Shown: positions 12,701 through 28,085, counted from the first letter of the stretch. The stretch: 64,000 nt of DNA from Lama guanicoe (GCA_013239625.1 MU053559.1:1751003-1815002); one strand, 5' to 3'. Numbers and translations are program-made. The notes: generated by a model from the sequence alone, not told the origin.

Positions 12701-13820
12701 CTTACAAGCTTTTGCACAGCAAAGGAAACCACAGCAAAACAAAAAGGCAACCTACAGAATGGGAGAAAATATTTGCAAATGATGTGACTGACAGGAACTT
12801 AATTTCCGGAATATACAAACATCTCATACAACTTAATAATAACAACAGAAAAAAAAAACCCAAACAACCCAATCAAAAAATGGGCAGAAGACCTAAACAG
12901 ACATTTCTCCAAAGAAAACAGACAGATGGGCAAATAGGCACATGAAAAGATGCTCAATGTTGCTAATTATTAGAGAAATGCAAATCAAGACTACAATGAG
13001 GTATCATCTCACACTGGTCAGAATGGCCATCATTAAAAAGTCCACAAATGACAAATGCTGGAAAGGGTGTGGAGAAAAAGGAACCCTCCTAAACTGCTGG
13101 TGGGAACGTAATTTGGTGCAGCCACTGTGGAAAACAGTACGGAGATTCCTTAAAAAACTATTAAAAATAGAGTTACCATATGATCTGGCAATCCCACTCC
13201 TGGGCACATATCCAGTGAAAACTCGAATTCAAAAAGATACATGCACCCTAATGTTCACAGCAGCAGTATTTACAATAGCCAAGAGATGGAAGCAACCCAA
13301 ATGTCTATTGACAGATGAATGGATAAAGAAGATATGAGAGATACATGTGCATGTATATATATGCATATATACAATGGGAATATTTGTCGTAAGGAGTGAA
13401 ATAATGCCATTTGTAGTAACACGGATGAACCTAGAGATTATTCTACTAAGTGAAGTAAGTCAGATGGAGAAAGACAAATATCATATGATATCACTTATAT
13501 TTGGAACCTAAAAAAGTGATAAATGAACTTACTTTCAAAACAAAAACAAATTCACAGACATAGAAAACAAACTTATGGTTACCAAAGGGGAAAGTTGTGG
13601 GAGGGATAAATTAGGAGTTTGGGATTTGTAGATACAAACTACTATATATAAAATAGATGAACAACAAGGTCCTATTGAATAGTACAGGGAACTAGATTCA
13701 GTATCTTGTAATAACTTATAATGAAAAAGAATATATATACACATATAAATGTATTACTGAATCACTATGCTGTATACCAGAAACTAACACAACATTGTAA
13801 ATCAACAATGCTTCAATTTA
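9771..13820 (+). mobile_element. Younger cetartiodactyl-type L1, internally deleted (5'UTR + ORF2 RT/C-terminus + 3'UTR)
   Basis: 5' start ggaggggcttcaatatggcagaa. ORF2 peptides [48 protein letters not shown]. 3' end cattgtaaatcaacaatgcttcaatttaaaaaa. TSD-like aaaaacacac (9759-9768) / aaaaacccac (13821-13830). Confidence 0.92.
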
Positions 13821-16800
13821 AAAAACCCACTGCAATAAATCAAAATGAAATTCTAAAAAATGTTCAAGTAATGCATAAGAAGACATTAAAAGGGAGACCA
13901 GGGAACAAAAAACAGAAGGAAAAATCAGAAATCAAGTTTTTAAACTGGCAAACCTAAGCCCTATTATACTATCAATAATTACATTAAATATAATTGATCT
14001 AAATACACAAATTTAGTATACAAAAAGAGACCAGCAGAATGGTTTTAAAAACATAACCCATCTATATGCTGATATAAAATATATAAAAATTTCATTTCAA
14101 ATATGATGTAGGTAGGTTGGATGTAAACGGATGAAAAAGATCACCATACAAATATTAATCAAAAGAAAGGAACAGTAGTTATATTAATAGATTAAATTAG
14201 ATTTTGGAGCAAAGAAAATTACCGGGGACATCAAGGGACAGTACGTAATGGTAAAAGGTTCAACCCACCAGCGAGACAATAGCAATCCTAAATGTGTACG
14301 TGTGCAGCAAACAGCAGAACTTAAAATCCCTTGAAGCAAAAATAAAGAATACAAAGGAGAAGTAATAGACATTCTATATTTATAGCTAGAAACTTCAATA
14401 CCTCCCTCAACAATTGATAGAATTACTAGACAGAAAATCAGCAATGATAAAGAAGAACACCACCATCAACCAAACAACTGAATTGACATTTCTATACCAT
14501 TCCACCGAATAACAGTTGAAACGTATTCTTTTTAAGCATACATGGAACATTCCCAACATAAACAGTATCCTGGTTCAAAAAATAAATTTTTTTCATTGCA
14601 GAGCACATTGTTTAACCCTGATAGAATCAAACTAGAAATCTATAACAGAAAGACAGTAGGAAATTCTCCAGACTCTTGGAAATTAAAGAAGATTACTTCT
14701 AAATAATCCATAGAAAGTTAAAAACTACAACAATATATTGAATGAAAACAAAAAGTCAGCATATCAAAATTTGTGACACATGGCCAAAGCAGTACTGAGA
14801 GGGAAATTTACAGTATTAGATGCTTATATATTAGAAGAGAAAGGTCTCAAATCAATTATCTAAGCACCCACCTCAAGAAGTTGACAGAATTTAACAAATA
14901 AATCAAATTTAACACTCATTTATGATAAAAATTCTCAGCAACTAGGGATAGGACAACTTTCCCAACTTAATTAAAAAATCTACATAAACCTCCATCTAAC
15001 CTTATTCTTTATGATGAAACACTGAATGCTTTCCTCTTAAGTTGGGAAGAACACAAAGGTATCTGCACTCACCATTCTTATTCAACATAGTGTTGGATGT
15101 CCTAGCTAATGAAATAAGGCAAGAAAAGGAAATGAAAGCCATACTTCTTGAGAAAGAAGAAATAAAACTGTCCCTATTTGTGATTATATGATTATGTACA
15201 TAGAAAAATCCCAAGGAATGTACAAAACAAACTCCTAGAACTAATAAGTGAATTCAGCAAGTTTGCAGGCTACAAGATCAATATTGAAAAATCAACTCTA
15301 TTTCTATATACTGGAAACCAACATCTTGAAACCAAATTTTAAAACTCATACTATTTATAATCACTCTAATTAAATACTCACATATAAACCTAACAAAACA
15401 AGTAAAGGACTTGTACGCCAAAACCTAGAAAACACCAACAAAAGAAATCACAATCTAAACCTATAGGGAGACATAACTATGTTCATGGATTGGAAGACTC
15501 AAGTAAAGATGTCATCTTTCCCCAATTTATCTATAGGTTTAATAAAATTCCTGTCAAATTCTATCAATGCCTTTTATAAGTATAGACAAGCTTATTCTAA
15601 AATTTACATGGAAAGGCAAAGAAACCAGAATAGTTAAAACCTTTTTGGAAAAGAAGTAGGAATAATCTCTCTGTTCAGTGTTAAGCTACATCTAACTACA
15701 TTAATCAAAGCAGTGTGATGCTGGCGAGGAACAGACATAGCTCAATGAGGGGGGAAAAAGCCCAGAAAGAGATACACACGTGGATAGCTAACTAATTTTT
15801 GACAAAAGTACAAAAGGAATTCACTGGAGAAAGGATTGTCTTTTCAACAAATGGTGATAAAGCAGTTAGACGTCCCCACGCAAAAAAACAAAAACAAAAA
15901 CCAAAACCAAAAAACCTTGACCCAAACCTCATACTTTATACAAAAATTAAGTCAAAATGAATCATAGAATTCGATGTAGATATAGATAAGCGTATCCTAA
16001 AATTTATTTTAAAAAAGCCAAAATTTTAAAAAACTATAAAAATGTTACAAGAAAACAGGAGAAAATCTTCAGGACCCTAGCTAGGGCTAAGCAAAGAGTT
16101 CTTAGACATGACATCAAATGCACAATTCACAAAAGAAAAAACGACAAATTGGATTTCATCATTTTTAAAGTTTTGCTTTGTAAAAGATCTTAAGGGATGA
16201 AAAGACAAGCTACAGTCTGAGTGAGAATATTTGCAACTACGTATCTGACAAAGGGCTTTTTTCTATACTATACAAATAACTCTCAAACTTCAACAGTAAG
16301 AAACAACCCAATTAGTAAATGGGCAAAACACCTGAACCAACATTTCACCAGAGGAGATACGGATGGCGAACTAAGCACATGAAAAGATGTTCAACATCAC
16401 TAGCCACCAGGAAAATGCAAATGAAAACTTCGATGACATACCACTACATACCCATTAGAACAGCTAAAATACAATGTGGCGACAATACCAAATGCTGGTG
16501 AGGCTGCATAGAAATTTCTCTTATATAGTGCTGGTGGGAATGGAACATGGTACAGCCAGCCTGAAAAAGTTTGGTAGTTTCTTATAAAACTAAACATGCA
16601 TATATCACATGAGCATATACGACTCCTGGGCATTCATCTCATATTATGTCCACACTAAAACCTATACACACATATTCAGAGCAGCTTTATTTGTAATAGT
16701 CAAAAACCAGAAATGATCCAAATCTCCTTCAATGGGTTAATGGTTAAACAAATTGTGGTATATCCATGCCATGGAATACTACTCAGCAAAGAAAAGGAAT

Positions 16801-17310
16801 GAACTATTGATACCCACAACAACCTGGATGGAACTCCAGAGAATTATGCTGAATGAAAACAGACAACCTCAAAGGGTTTTACAGTATATGATTCCATATA
16901 TACAACAATCTTGAAATAACAGTTATAGAGATGGGGAACAGATTAGTGTTTGCTAGGGAAAGGGGTGGGATAAGGTGGGCTATGTATCTATAAAAGGGTA
17001 GCATAAGAGAGTTTCTTTTTACTGATGGAACAGTGCTGTATCTTGATTGTGGTGGTGTTTACATGTATCCATATAGGATAAAACTACATAGATCTATGCA
17101 CACACACATGCACACAAAATGTGTGTATATAAGAATGGCTGAAAACTGAATTAGGCCTGTAGATTGTACCAGTGTCAACTTCCTAGTGCTGATATTGATT
17201 TATGTGTAAGATGTTATCTTCAGGAAAAGCTGGGTGAAGGGTACACTGGACCTTGCTGTCCTGTTTTTGCAATTTCCCATGAGTCTATAATTATTTCCAA
17301 ATAAAAAGTT
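13821..17310 (+). mobile_element. Ancient L1 (L1MC/L1MD class), ORF2 remnants and 3' end
   Basis: Decayed EN and RT sequence; MKRCSTSLATRKMQMKT peptide at 16379. 3' end gctgggtgaagggtacactggacc...ctataattatttccaaataaaaagtt. Confidence 0.85.
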
Positions 17311-17577
17311 TTCCTCTGTGACTGTTTCTTTGTGCAATGTGTTCAACTCTCCATTGGGGTCATTTTAAAGACTCAAGAACAACTTGGCAGTAACTTAGGG
17401 CGGCTTTCTATCAATTACTAACCAAGTGCTAAATGTTGCCTGGTCAGATCCCACGTCCCAACAAACGTTTATGGAGATACTATAACCTCTGGACCCAATC
17501 TGTAGCCCCATAAGCACTCTTTAAATCTTTTTATTAAAAATCTTCTTAATCCTCTCTCACAGGCATCCAGGAGCTCA

Positions 17578-17745
17578 GATAAATAAGTTTCTACTGTATA
17601 GCACAGGGAACTATATTCAATATCTTGTAGTAACCTATAATGAAAAAGAATATGAAAATGAATATATATGTATGACTGAAACATGATGCTGTACACCAGA
17701 AATTGACAAAACGTCAATTGTAAACTGACTATAGTTCAATAAAGA
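17578..17745 (+). mobile_element. Short L1 3'-end fragment
   Basis: ctactgtatagcacagggaactatattcaatatcttg...gttcaataaag; same 3' end type as 13670-13820. Confidence 0.85.
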
Positions 17746-18558
17746 AAACTTCTTAAAAATTTTTTGAATCTACCTGAAAAGCTGCTTTTCATAAGTTCAA
17801 ATTTTTTTTATCAAATCATCCAGCAGTACAAGGTGGGGAGGAGAGGAGAGACAGGTGCTCTGAAAGATTATTATATTATTACTGCCCCTGGGGTATTTGA
17901 AGAACAGTTCTGATGTCCTGCTAAGCAGGCTGGGCACCCCACAGTGCACAGGCAGCAACCTCACAAGGCCCTTTCTCCACACTCTAAATGGATTCCCATC
18001 CTCCTGGTTTGGTCTCCATTCTTGAATGTCACTGACCAGGCAAGGATGCTCAATTGCCTTCCTTCCAGTTTTGACTTAACCTCCAAGGAGATCCTAAAAA
18101 ACTATCAGTTAATTTACCACCATTTTCCCTTATTTTTTTGGTTGTCTTTAAAACATAAACTTGTCCATGAATTCTTAATGTGATGTTCCCTCAAATTCTT
18201 AAGCCCTTTAGATACAGGATTAAGAATTTAACTCCAGACCCCACTCTTCTTAATACTTATGGGGCCCTATTCACTTGGAGCTATAAAGTATTCAAATTTG
18301 CATGCATATTTTAAAACTGAACTCTTAGTTTATCAGCCAGCTACAGTCACCAAATAGCTAGCTTTGCCCTTTTTTCCAGTTGCTCGATGTCTGACCACGC
18401 AGACTTAAAGTTTAAGCTACTAAACTCCTTGATTAAGACAATTTCCACTTGCCCAGAGTCTGGGGAGAATGAAAAGGTTTGCTACTGCTTGTGCCATCTG
18501 AAATGGTGTAGACTCTCCTGGTTATTCCTAAGTCAAAACTATACAAAGACCTATCCTG

Positions 18559-19554
18559 AACCCTCCTACACTGTTGGTGGGGATGTAATTTGGTGCAGCC
18601 ACTATAGAGGACAGTACTGAGGTTCCTTTAAAAACTAAAAACAGATTTACCATATGACCCAGCAATCCCACTCTTGGGCATATATCCAGAGAAAACATGA
18701 ATTCAAAAAGATACATGCACCCCATGTTCATAGCAGCACTATTTACAATAGCCAAGACATGGAAGCAACCTAAATGTCCATCAACAGATAAATGGATAAA
18801 GAAGAGGTGGTATATATATTTATATATACAGTGGAATACTACTCAGCCATAAAAATAATAATGCCATTTGCAGCAACATGGATGGACCTAGAGATCATCA
18901 CATTAAGTGAATTAAGTCAGACAAAGAGAGACAAATATCTGAATGTATATGGATCAGTGTGGATAAATCTTGAAAACAATGTTGAGTGAAAAAATAGCAG
19001 ATACCAAAAATATGCTAAAAATGGTGTAATTTATCTGAAATGTAAAAGCACATGTGGTAACACAGGTTGTTTATGGCTACACACACACATGGACACACAC
19101 AAATGTTGGATATTTGGGGAATAAGATGGGGATAAAAGCTTCTATTATGTTTGTAAAATTTATTTCTTATAAAGGAAAAATGACCTAAAAAAAAGACAAA
19201 TACCATGTGATATCACGTATATGTGGAATCTAAAAAAAAATGTTACAAATGAAATAATTTACAAACCAGAAACAGACTCACAGACATGGAAAACACACTA
19301 TGGTGACTGAAGGGGAATGGGGTAGGGGAAGGGATAAATTAGGAGTTTGAGTTTAACACATACACAGTACTATATATAAAATAGGTGAACAGCAAGGACC
19401 TACTGTATACCACAGGGAACTATATTCAATATCTTGTAATAACCTGTAATAAAAAAAATCTGACAAAGAATATATATATGTATATGTATAAATAAATCAC
19501 CATGCTGTACACCAGAAACTAACATAACATTGTAAATCTACTTTACTTCAATAA
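18559..19554 (+). mobile_element. 5'-truncated L1 with TSD, carrying a nested insert
   Basis: L1 ORF2 end and 3'UTR. TSD aaagacctatcctg (18545-18558) / agagacctatcctg (19555-19568). Confidence 0.9.
18940..19193 (+). mobile_element. Nested A-tailed insert containing old L1ME-like 3' sequence
   Basis: Flanked by agacaaata (18929-18937 / 19194-19202). Contains gtggataaatcttgaaaacaatgttgagtgaaaaaa. TATAAA at 19168-19173, then an A-run. Confidence 0.65.
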
Positions 19555-21060
19555 AGAGACCTATCCTGTATAATAAGACAACAGATAGTTTTTATAAACT
19601 CTTAGTGTATTTAATTTTTAGAATTATAGAGATTTCTGTATATTGTTTTGTGAAACATATGTAAAAGGCTTTTAAAACATGTGGCAATGAAATGTGAGGT
19701 CATTCCTTAAAACCCAAATGATTCACAAATTCACTTGCACTTTTAAAAAAAACGGCTTGTTTAACTTAAAAATTCAAAGTCATACTCCCACGAGTTGGGT
19801 GTATTTTATCTACTTTGCTACAGTTCCCCTGGGTATTTAAATAACCAGCCGGGGCCCTAAATGCAGCTGGCCGACTTACTAATAGCCTCACCGCCATCAA
19901 AGGGAAACTTCATTCCAGGCTGTGATTGCCTGCAGTTGGCTTGGCTGAGGCTCCCCCGGCTACGGTGGCGGAATAATTCAGGAAGACACACTCTCAGCAT
20001 TTTAATCATACTTTTTTCAACCTTCGAAGCTGGGATGGGGGAGGAGGAGGAAGAATCAACTTCCTGCCAGTTTTCAAGTTTGAGATCAGAAGGGTTAACC
20101 AAATGAACTTGCAGGTCTGCCTCTGTCAGTGGCCCATTCCAAGTCAGATATTGAGCCCTGGACCCCCCCAGGTGGCTCTGTGACCCTGCACGGGCACCTC
20201 ACTCCCCTCCTCGAATTGCACTTGTAGATTTCCGCCCGCCCTTCTTTCCTTCTGGTTTGTCTTGGTGTCGCCTGTCCCTGCCCACACATTGTGCCAGGTG
20301 AGGCACCCCGGCTTCACCACCTGAAGCTGCTTCACAGATGCTAAAAGTCGGTGCCAGGACTTGGCACTTGGGCTGCGGGGGTGAGGTTTCCGGGTATTCA
20401 GCCAGCCCCGTTATCACGGGGGAATTACTTTGCAGCCTATTGTAACAGCCTTCCTCCCTGACCCACTGCAGAACAAATGGGCTGAGGACAGGCATTACGC
20501 TCCTTTTCAAGGGCGATGTGTTCTTGTTAGGTCTTCTGCCACCATCCTACCCTGGAACCGCCCTCCGTGGGTGATGTTCCCACCCAAGCTTATCTGTTAA
20601 CCCCGGTAAAGCTTTCTTCACCTTCCTGTTTTCACCTCAAATCAGTGAAATGCAGTGCCAAGGAAAACGGAAATGATTGACAATGTTTGCGACAACAGAG
20701 CCATTAAGTTGTCTTTTTTTTTTCTTAAGGGAGCTGCGGAGGGATAATGGATAATGGATAATGTTAAAATAATACTCGAAATACCAGAAATGTCAAAGTG
20801 CAAGCATTCCCTCATTGTGACTCTGAAGCAAATTGTAATAGGGAACACTGAGTTTGCTAACACAACTGCACCCCCAAATAGCCTAGAAATGTTCTTTAAG
20901 CAGCATAAATGTTATAAATTGTTTCCAGACTTTCAAGCTGAAAAATTAAGTGCCAGTGGCACGGGGCACCGGGATATTTGCACTAATCAATAATAGTTTC
21001 AGTACTATTTAATACATGAAACAACCCTCGCTTCAGGTGAAAACAGAGACTGAGTTAAAA

Positions 21061-21079
21061 ACACACACACACACACACA
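21061..21079. repeat. (AC)n microsatellite
   Basis: About 9 AC units. Confidence 0.9.
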
Positions 21080-23995
21080 AAACTCTTGCCTGGGGAGGAG
21101 GGGGAGAATCTAGGGGGGGAGAAGCTGCTTGCCTGGCCCTGGGCAGCCCGTGTCCAGAGCTGAGCCGCACCCCCGCCCCTCCCTGCCCCCAGTGGGAGAA
21201 GAGGACTCACTTCTTGTTCCGGAATTCAGAGTCAAACCTCATTCCATGTGACTCATCAGTCAAGCCCCAGAGTCAGCCAGTGCAAAAACGCAATGGCCAT
21301 TCCATTTCCCCAACAGAATAGAGTAAAGTCATAATATGTTTCCAATCTTACCATTCCCACCCCCGGCTAAAAATTTCCCAGGTTTCTGAGCTCCCTTCAG
21401 AATAAAATGAATGTGCTCCAAACCAGTATTCATAGAACTTAGAAAGAGGCGAGTTTCCCTAGTTGACTTTTGGTTTTCCTTTTCATTGAGCTGCTTACAG
21501 ATACAACTTTAATTGGCAAACATGATTGCTTTTGTGAGTAAAGTCGTCCTGAACTCAAATAAAGCAATGGAGTTAGTATTTGACAATATGTATTTGACTG
21601 CCCTCTTGCAGATGTTTGCCACCTACCAAGTGGGGGTGGCAGGGGTTAGTGACAACAGGGAGCTATAGAAGTGACTGGAGCTTGGACCTGCCATTCAGGT
21701 GGTCCTTTGGCCCCACCGGGGCTCTGCATCAATGGAGTGGCTGAAGGTGGGGTGGTGGGCACTGGGGCCGCCCCTCCCCACCAGCTCTAGGATTCACAGG
21801 TCAGGATGGCTAGTCAGGGTACAGAGTCTATGCGTCAGCCAGAGTCTAGCCTGTCACTTCAGGTCCTCCCTCCCTGCACAGCGAGCCACTCTGTCCGTTT
21901 TACCCTTTCCTAGCCCCAACCACATGCCAGTGGGGATAAAATGGCCCTACGGCCAAGAGCAGGTTCACGTTCACGCAGAGCATCGGAGCGAGTACACCAG
22001 CCCTCTCCTGGGCCCATAGGATTGCCAGAGATTGCTATATTTAGGACCAGGACATGGATTTTCCCTGAGCTCAAAAACAATTTTGCTTCCCCTTTGACTG
22101 TTGAGAAATTAAACTAAACTAAATCTAAAAGGCATTCCATAATTCCATAATTGTTGTGCTTTGGGAGGGTCTACGTATGTTTATTTTCAGCCAACCATCT
22201 CCAAAATGCAAAATCATCCCCTCTGCCCTCCCCAGCTGGGGGGGACGGGGTGGAGGGGTGGAGTGCACAGAAAGGTATCGGAGTTTAACTTTTTTGTTTG
22301 CAGAACCTGCAAAATGTATTGTTTTCCCTTCTCCCATTCATGCCAGTGACATCCTTTATTCAAGGAAGAGACAGCATCTATTTTATTGCTTCTAAAATCT
22401 GTGTATTTAGCACAGGTCAGCCCTAGGCTGTTTGAAAGGAAGTCCTATTTTTAAAACATTATCTTGACGAATATTTTTGGCTTACTGTTCCCAGAATCTC
22501 TCTGAGGCAGTTTTTGGTAAAGTCTGGTCTCTGTCATGGGGAAAAGGACCCTCAAGTCCCTGGGACGTTTGTCCTTGCTGTTCACTTGATCTGTATGTAG
22601 GTCAGGACAGCTTCAGTTAGCCTCCCTGTTCATGCTGGGGGCTGCTCATAGCTTTCCCCAGCTCATCACCTTTACAAAAGAACTGTCTCACACCCCGACC
22701 CACTCCTCAGACCTTACAAACGTTTCTGTAATGGTCTGTTTCAGCCTTTCAGTTAGGCTGGCTTCTCTGCTTCCAGCCTACTGGTAACCATGACCAAACG
22801 CTCTTAATCAAACAATATTCATCTCTCCAAGCCGGCCTTCTAGGCGTTTGGATTTCAGGCCAGATTTGAGGCTTCTTGCTGGCAGGACCTAGAGATTGCC
22901 CCCTGCCCAACCCCATCCTCATGACTCTCCGCGTGCCTTCCGGGGCTCCTTCTAACACCTCTGCCTGGAGGTAACACTTAACAGAAAGGGCTCCCATGAG
23001 TAAAATCCAGTCTATCTTGAGTCTGGAGAGGTGATAAGGCAGGCTAACTGACCCTGGCTGATTAGCAAGGGAAAGAAAGTGTCAGGCTGTTCTAAAAAAA
23101 CAAAAAAACAAAAAAACAAATTGTTTCTTTTATCCCGAAGCTGGCTCCTCGGTCCCAAGGACATACCCCAGTTATCTCTTTGTTCCCTTTCTTCCCTGTT
23201 GAAGTTTGTTTTAGAGCTGAGCTCCACAGGATGAAAGAGCCAGTAACAGAAGGTGACTGGCATCACCCGAATGAAGATAACAAAGGCAGAGCCTTCCAAT
23301 AAAAGATCCTGCGGTGGGATCGTGGGTGGAGCTGTCTCCACCAGCTACCTGACTGACGGCTCCCTGTTTCAGTGGTTTTTTTTTTTTCCCTTCTCTCTCT
23401 GAACAATAAAGCAGCTTTTTTTTTTTCTACTTTGTCCATCTGCCTCTACTGAGAATTCTTTCTCAATCAGCAGGCAAGGACCCACACGTTTAGGGGGAAC
23501 CTGTCCACCCATTTGGTGAGCTTTCCAATCTGGGGTCTCTCTATCTGCTAACAGGGCTATTTTTGGAATGTGACTCTCCAGGAAAGTTCCCTTCCACTGG
23601 GCATCCACCTCGGGGGAGGGGAGTCGGTTCACATCCAACACCGTCATCACTGAAGTCAAACGTGGTGGTCCTCTTCCACAGCCTCTTAACACCCTAATTT
23701 CAAAACACTCGACTATCAGCTGCTGTTCCAATTTCTTCTCAGCATCCAGCATGACAGCCTTTCATGTGAGACCAAAGGCCAGCTGCCCCAAATGTCCAGA
23801 CCCGGCTGCTGGCTCGGTGCCCGTGGGCCGGGAGCAGAGCTGAAGGCTTCCCGGCCCATGTTCCCATGAAGCCATCACTGAGCTCAGCAATTTTGCTCCC
23901 ACTGAAACTGCTTCCTGCTCAGCTCCTGAAGAGTTCTCCACTTCCCTGCGTTCTTGAACTTGGGCCAGAGCTGTTTCTTAGCCCCTGCTGTTCTT

Positions 23996-24130
23996 TTTTT
24001 GGGGGGGCTGGAGGGGCAGCTAATTAGGTTTATTTTTTTTTATTGGAAGTACTGGGGATTGAACCCAGGACCCTGTGCATGCTAAGCATGTGCTCTACCA
24101 CTGAGCTATACCCTCCCCCCTCTTTTTTTT
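23996..24130 (-). mobile_element. tRNA-Ala-derived SINE (Vic-1 type)
   Basis: Reverse complement GGGAGGGTATAGCTCAGTGGTAGAGCACATGCTTAGCATGCACAGGGTCCTGGGTTCAATCCCCAGTACTTCCA plus AAACCTAATTA tail. TSD cctgctgttctt (23984-23995 / 24131-24142). Confidence 0.9.
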
Positions 24131-24709
24131 CCTGCTGTTCTTATTCTACACTGCACCTGAGCAGAAGTGGTTCTTTCAACAGAGCCAAGTTCCTGGGGTT
24201 CCACTATGAAGCGAGAGGATGAGGGGCCAGGAGACCCCCACACAGACAAAAGTTCGTTTCTCAGTCACCTTGTTCAACTGGACACAAAAAAAGCAAGGCC
24301 CATTGAGCTTTTTTTAGTTCCAGTCTTTTCTATGCTGGTTATACTGAGAGCACGCTGAGAGAAGGCATCCTGGGGAATTTTAAGCCAGCTGCTTATAAAT
24401 GTTTTTTAAAAGCATCACTCCAAACTATTTATATTACATTTGTATTCATGGGAAGCAAATCTCTGCCCAGACTCAAAAAACCTCTTTGAAAACCCTCTGA
24501 ATCCTGCCTGGACAAATGCAAATGGGCACTTCTGCCCTCCATCCCCTCCTCCAAAACAGAAGAGGGTTCTCAGGAGTATAGAGAAAATGTATAAAGAGTT
24601 CAACCTTATTTAAAATTGGCGTAAGTTCCCCAATGATCGTGTCCTGAAATAGCAGAAGTTCAAGTTACTAAGTACAACCCACTGCAGCAGTACCAGGAGA
24701 AGGCCATCT

Positions 24710-25440
24710 CTTTTTTTAACTGAATTCGAGTTGATTTACAATGTTGTGTTAGTTTCTGGTGTACAGCATAGGGATTCAGTTATACATCTATATATATATT
24801 TCTTTTCATACTCTTTTTCATTATAGGTTATTACAAGCTATTGAATATACTTCCCTGTGCTCTACAGTAGGACCTTGTTGTTCATGTATTTTACACATAA
24901 TAATTAGTATCTGCCAATCTCAAACTCTTAATTTATCTCTCCCCTCCCTTTGGTAACCCTAAGTTTGTTTTCTATGCCTGTGAGTTTGTTTCTGTTTTGT
25001 AAATAAGTTTATTTATATATTTTTTAGATTCCATATATAAGTGATAGCATATGATATTTGTCTTTCTCTGTCTGACTTATCTCACTTAATATGATCATCT
25101 CTAGGTCCATCCATGTTGCTGCAAATGGCATTATTTCATTCCTTTTTTTTTTTGGATGAGCAGTATTCCGTTGCATATGTATACCACATCTTCTTTATCC
25201 AGTTATCTGTTGATGGACATTTAGGTTGCTTCCATGTCTTGGCTATTGTATATAGTGCTGCTATGAACATTGGGGTGCATGTACCTTTTCAAGTTAAGAG
25301 TTTTTTCTGGACATATGCCCAGGAGTGGGATTGCTGGATCATGCGGTAACTCTATTTTTAGTTTTTTAAGGAATCTTCGTACTGTTTTCCATAGTGGCTG
25401 CACCAAATTACACTCCCACCAACAGTGTAGGCGGTCCCCT
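24710..25440 (-). mobile_element. 5'-truncated L1 with TSD
   Basis: [30 protein letters not shown] peptide. TSD caggagaagg(c/a)catct (24694-24709 / 25441-25456). Confidence 0.92.
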
Positions 25441-26027
25441 CAGGAGAAGGACATCTTAATAAGAAGCTTGCTACAACCTGATGTCATGTGGAAGTGTGGT
25501 TTTACAAAGGGATGATAATTTTTATTTCAAAATGTGTCCAGTCCTTCAAAAGTATCACTGAAACCACACTTTGCAAATCCAGGTGCATCAAAGAAGGGCT
25601 AAGAAGTGGATTTCATCTCAGCATCTGGTTACCACAACCTGAGGTGTGAGGCAATCATTCACTGGCTGAGATGAACTGTAGGGTCAGAGAGAGCCAGGGT
25701 GCTAGGAGGACGGATGCTCCACCCATCACACTGGCCACGTTGGAAACAAAATAGATAAAATACACATTGTTGAAAGCCTAGGACACAGATAATCCAAGAA
25801 ACATCTGGCAGGACCTTGAACAACTTAACCTCTCAAAAAGTAAAAAAGCCTAAACTCTTGCGACATAAAGTCACCCTACTATAGAAATTTTTCTTACATG
25901 TATGCAAAAGATGCTATTCAAAATGTAACAACGAAATGTTGGAACTAGGGATTAATTAAATACGCTATAATACAGTCCTACAATGAAACACTAACTAGAT
26001 AGCCACTAAAATGAAGATATGGGAAGA

Positions 26028-27695
<1,668 letters not shown>

Positions 27696-27909
27696 TTAAG
27701 GAATTAAAGACAGACAGCTTTAACTACAGAAAAGCCTACAGATTCCTGTTTGAATTTGAGTAAAACATTGCTAGACATATCACAAGAAATGTAGTGGTTA
27801 CTGCTGGGAAGTGAGACTGTCCACCTCTACTGTTGAACTCCTTTTCTTCCATATGCTTCTATTATTTCTAAAACGTTTTTACACACTAGTTTCAAAATAG
27901 AGAGCACCT

Positions 27910-28085
27910 GATTTTAATCCTCTGGCTGTGTCATCCATGACAATTACTCAACCTCTCTGAGCTTGTTTCACCATCCATAAAATGGGGTTACTATTGACCT
28001 CATAAAGCTAAGATGAGCACGAACTCAGATAGCAGGCATTAAGCAAGTAACACAGTGCACAAAATAGGCACTTAATAATTGTCAC
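27910..28085 (+). mobile_element. MIR SINE
   Basis: Core ttactcaacctctctgagcttgtttcaccatccataaaatgggg and 3' aggcacttaataa. Confidence 0.7.

Noticed and set aside
10750..13337. Reverse transcriptase ORFs as an active or novel RT system
   Set aside because: Ordinary L1 ORF2 fragments with multiple stops and frameshifts.
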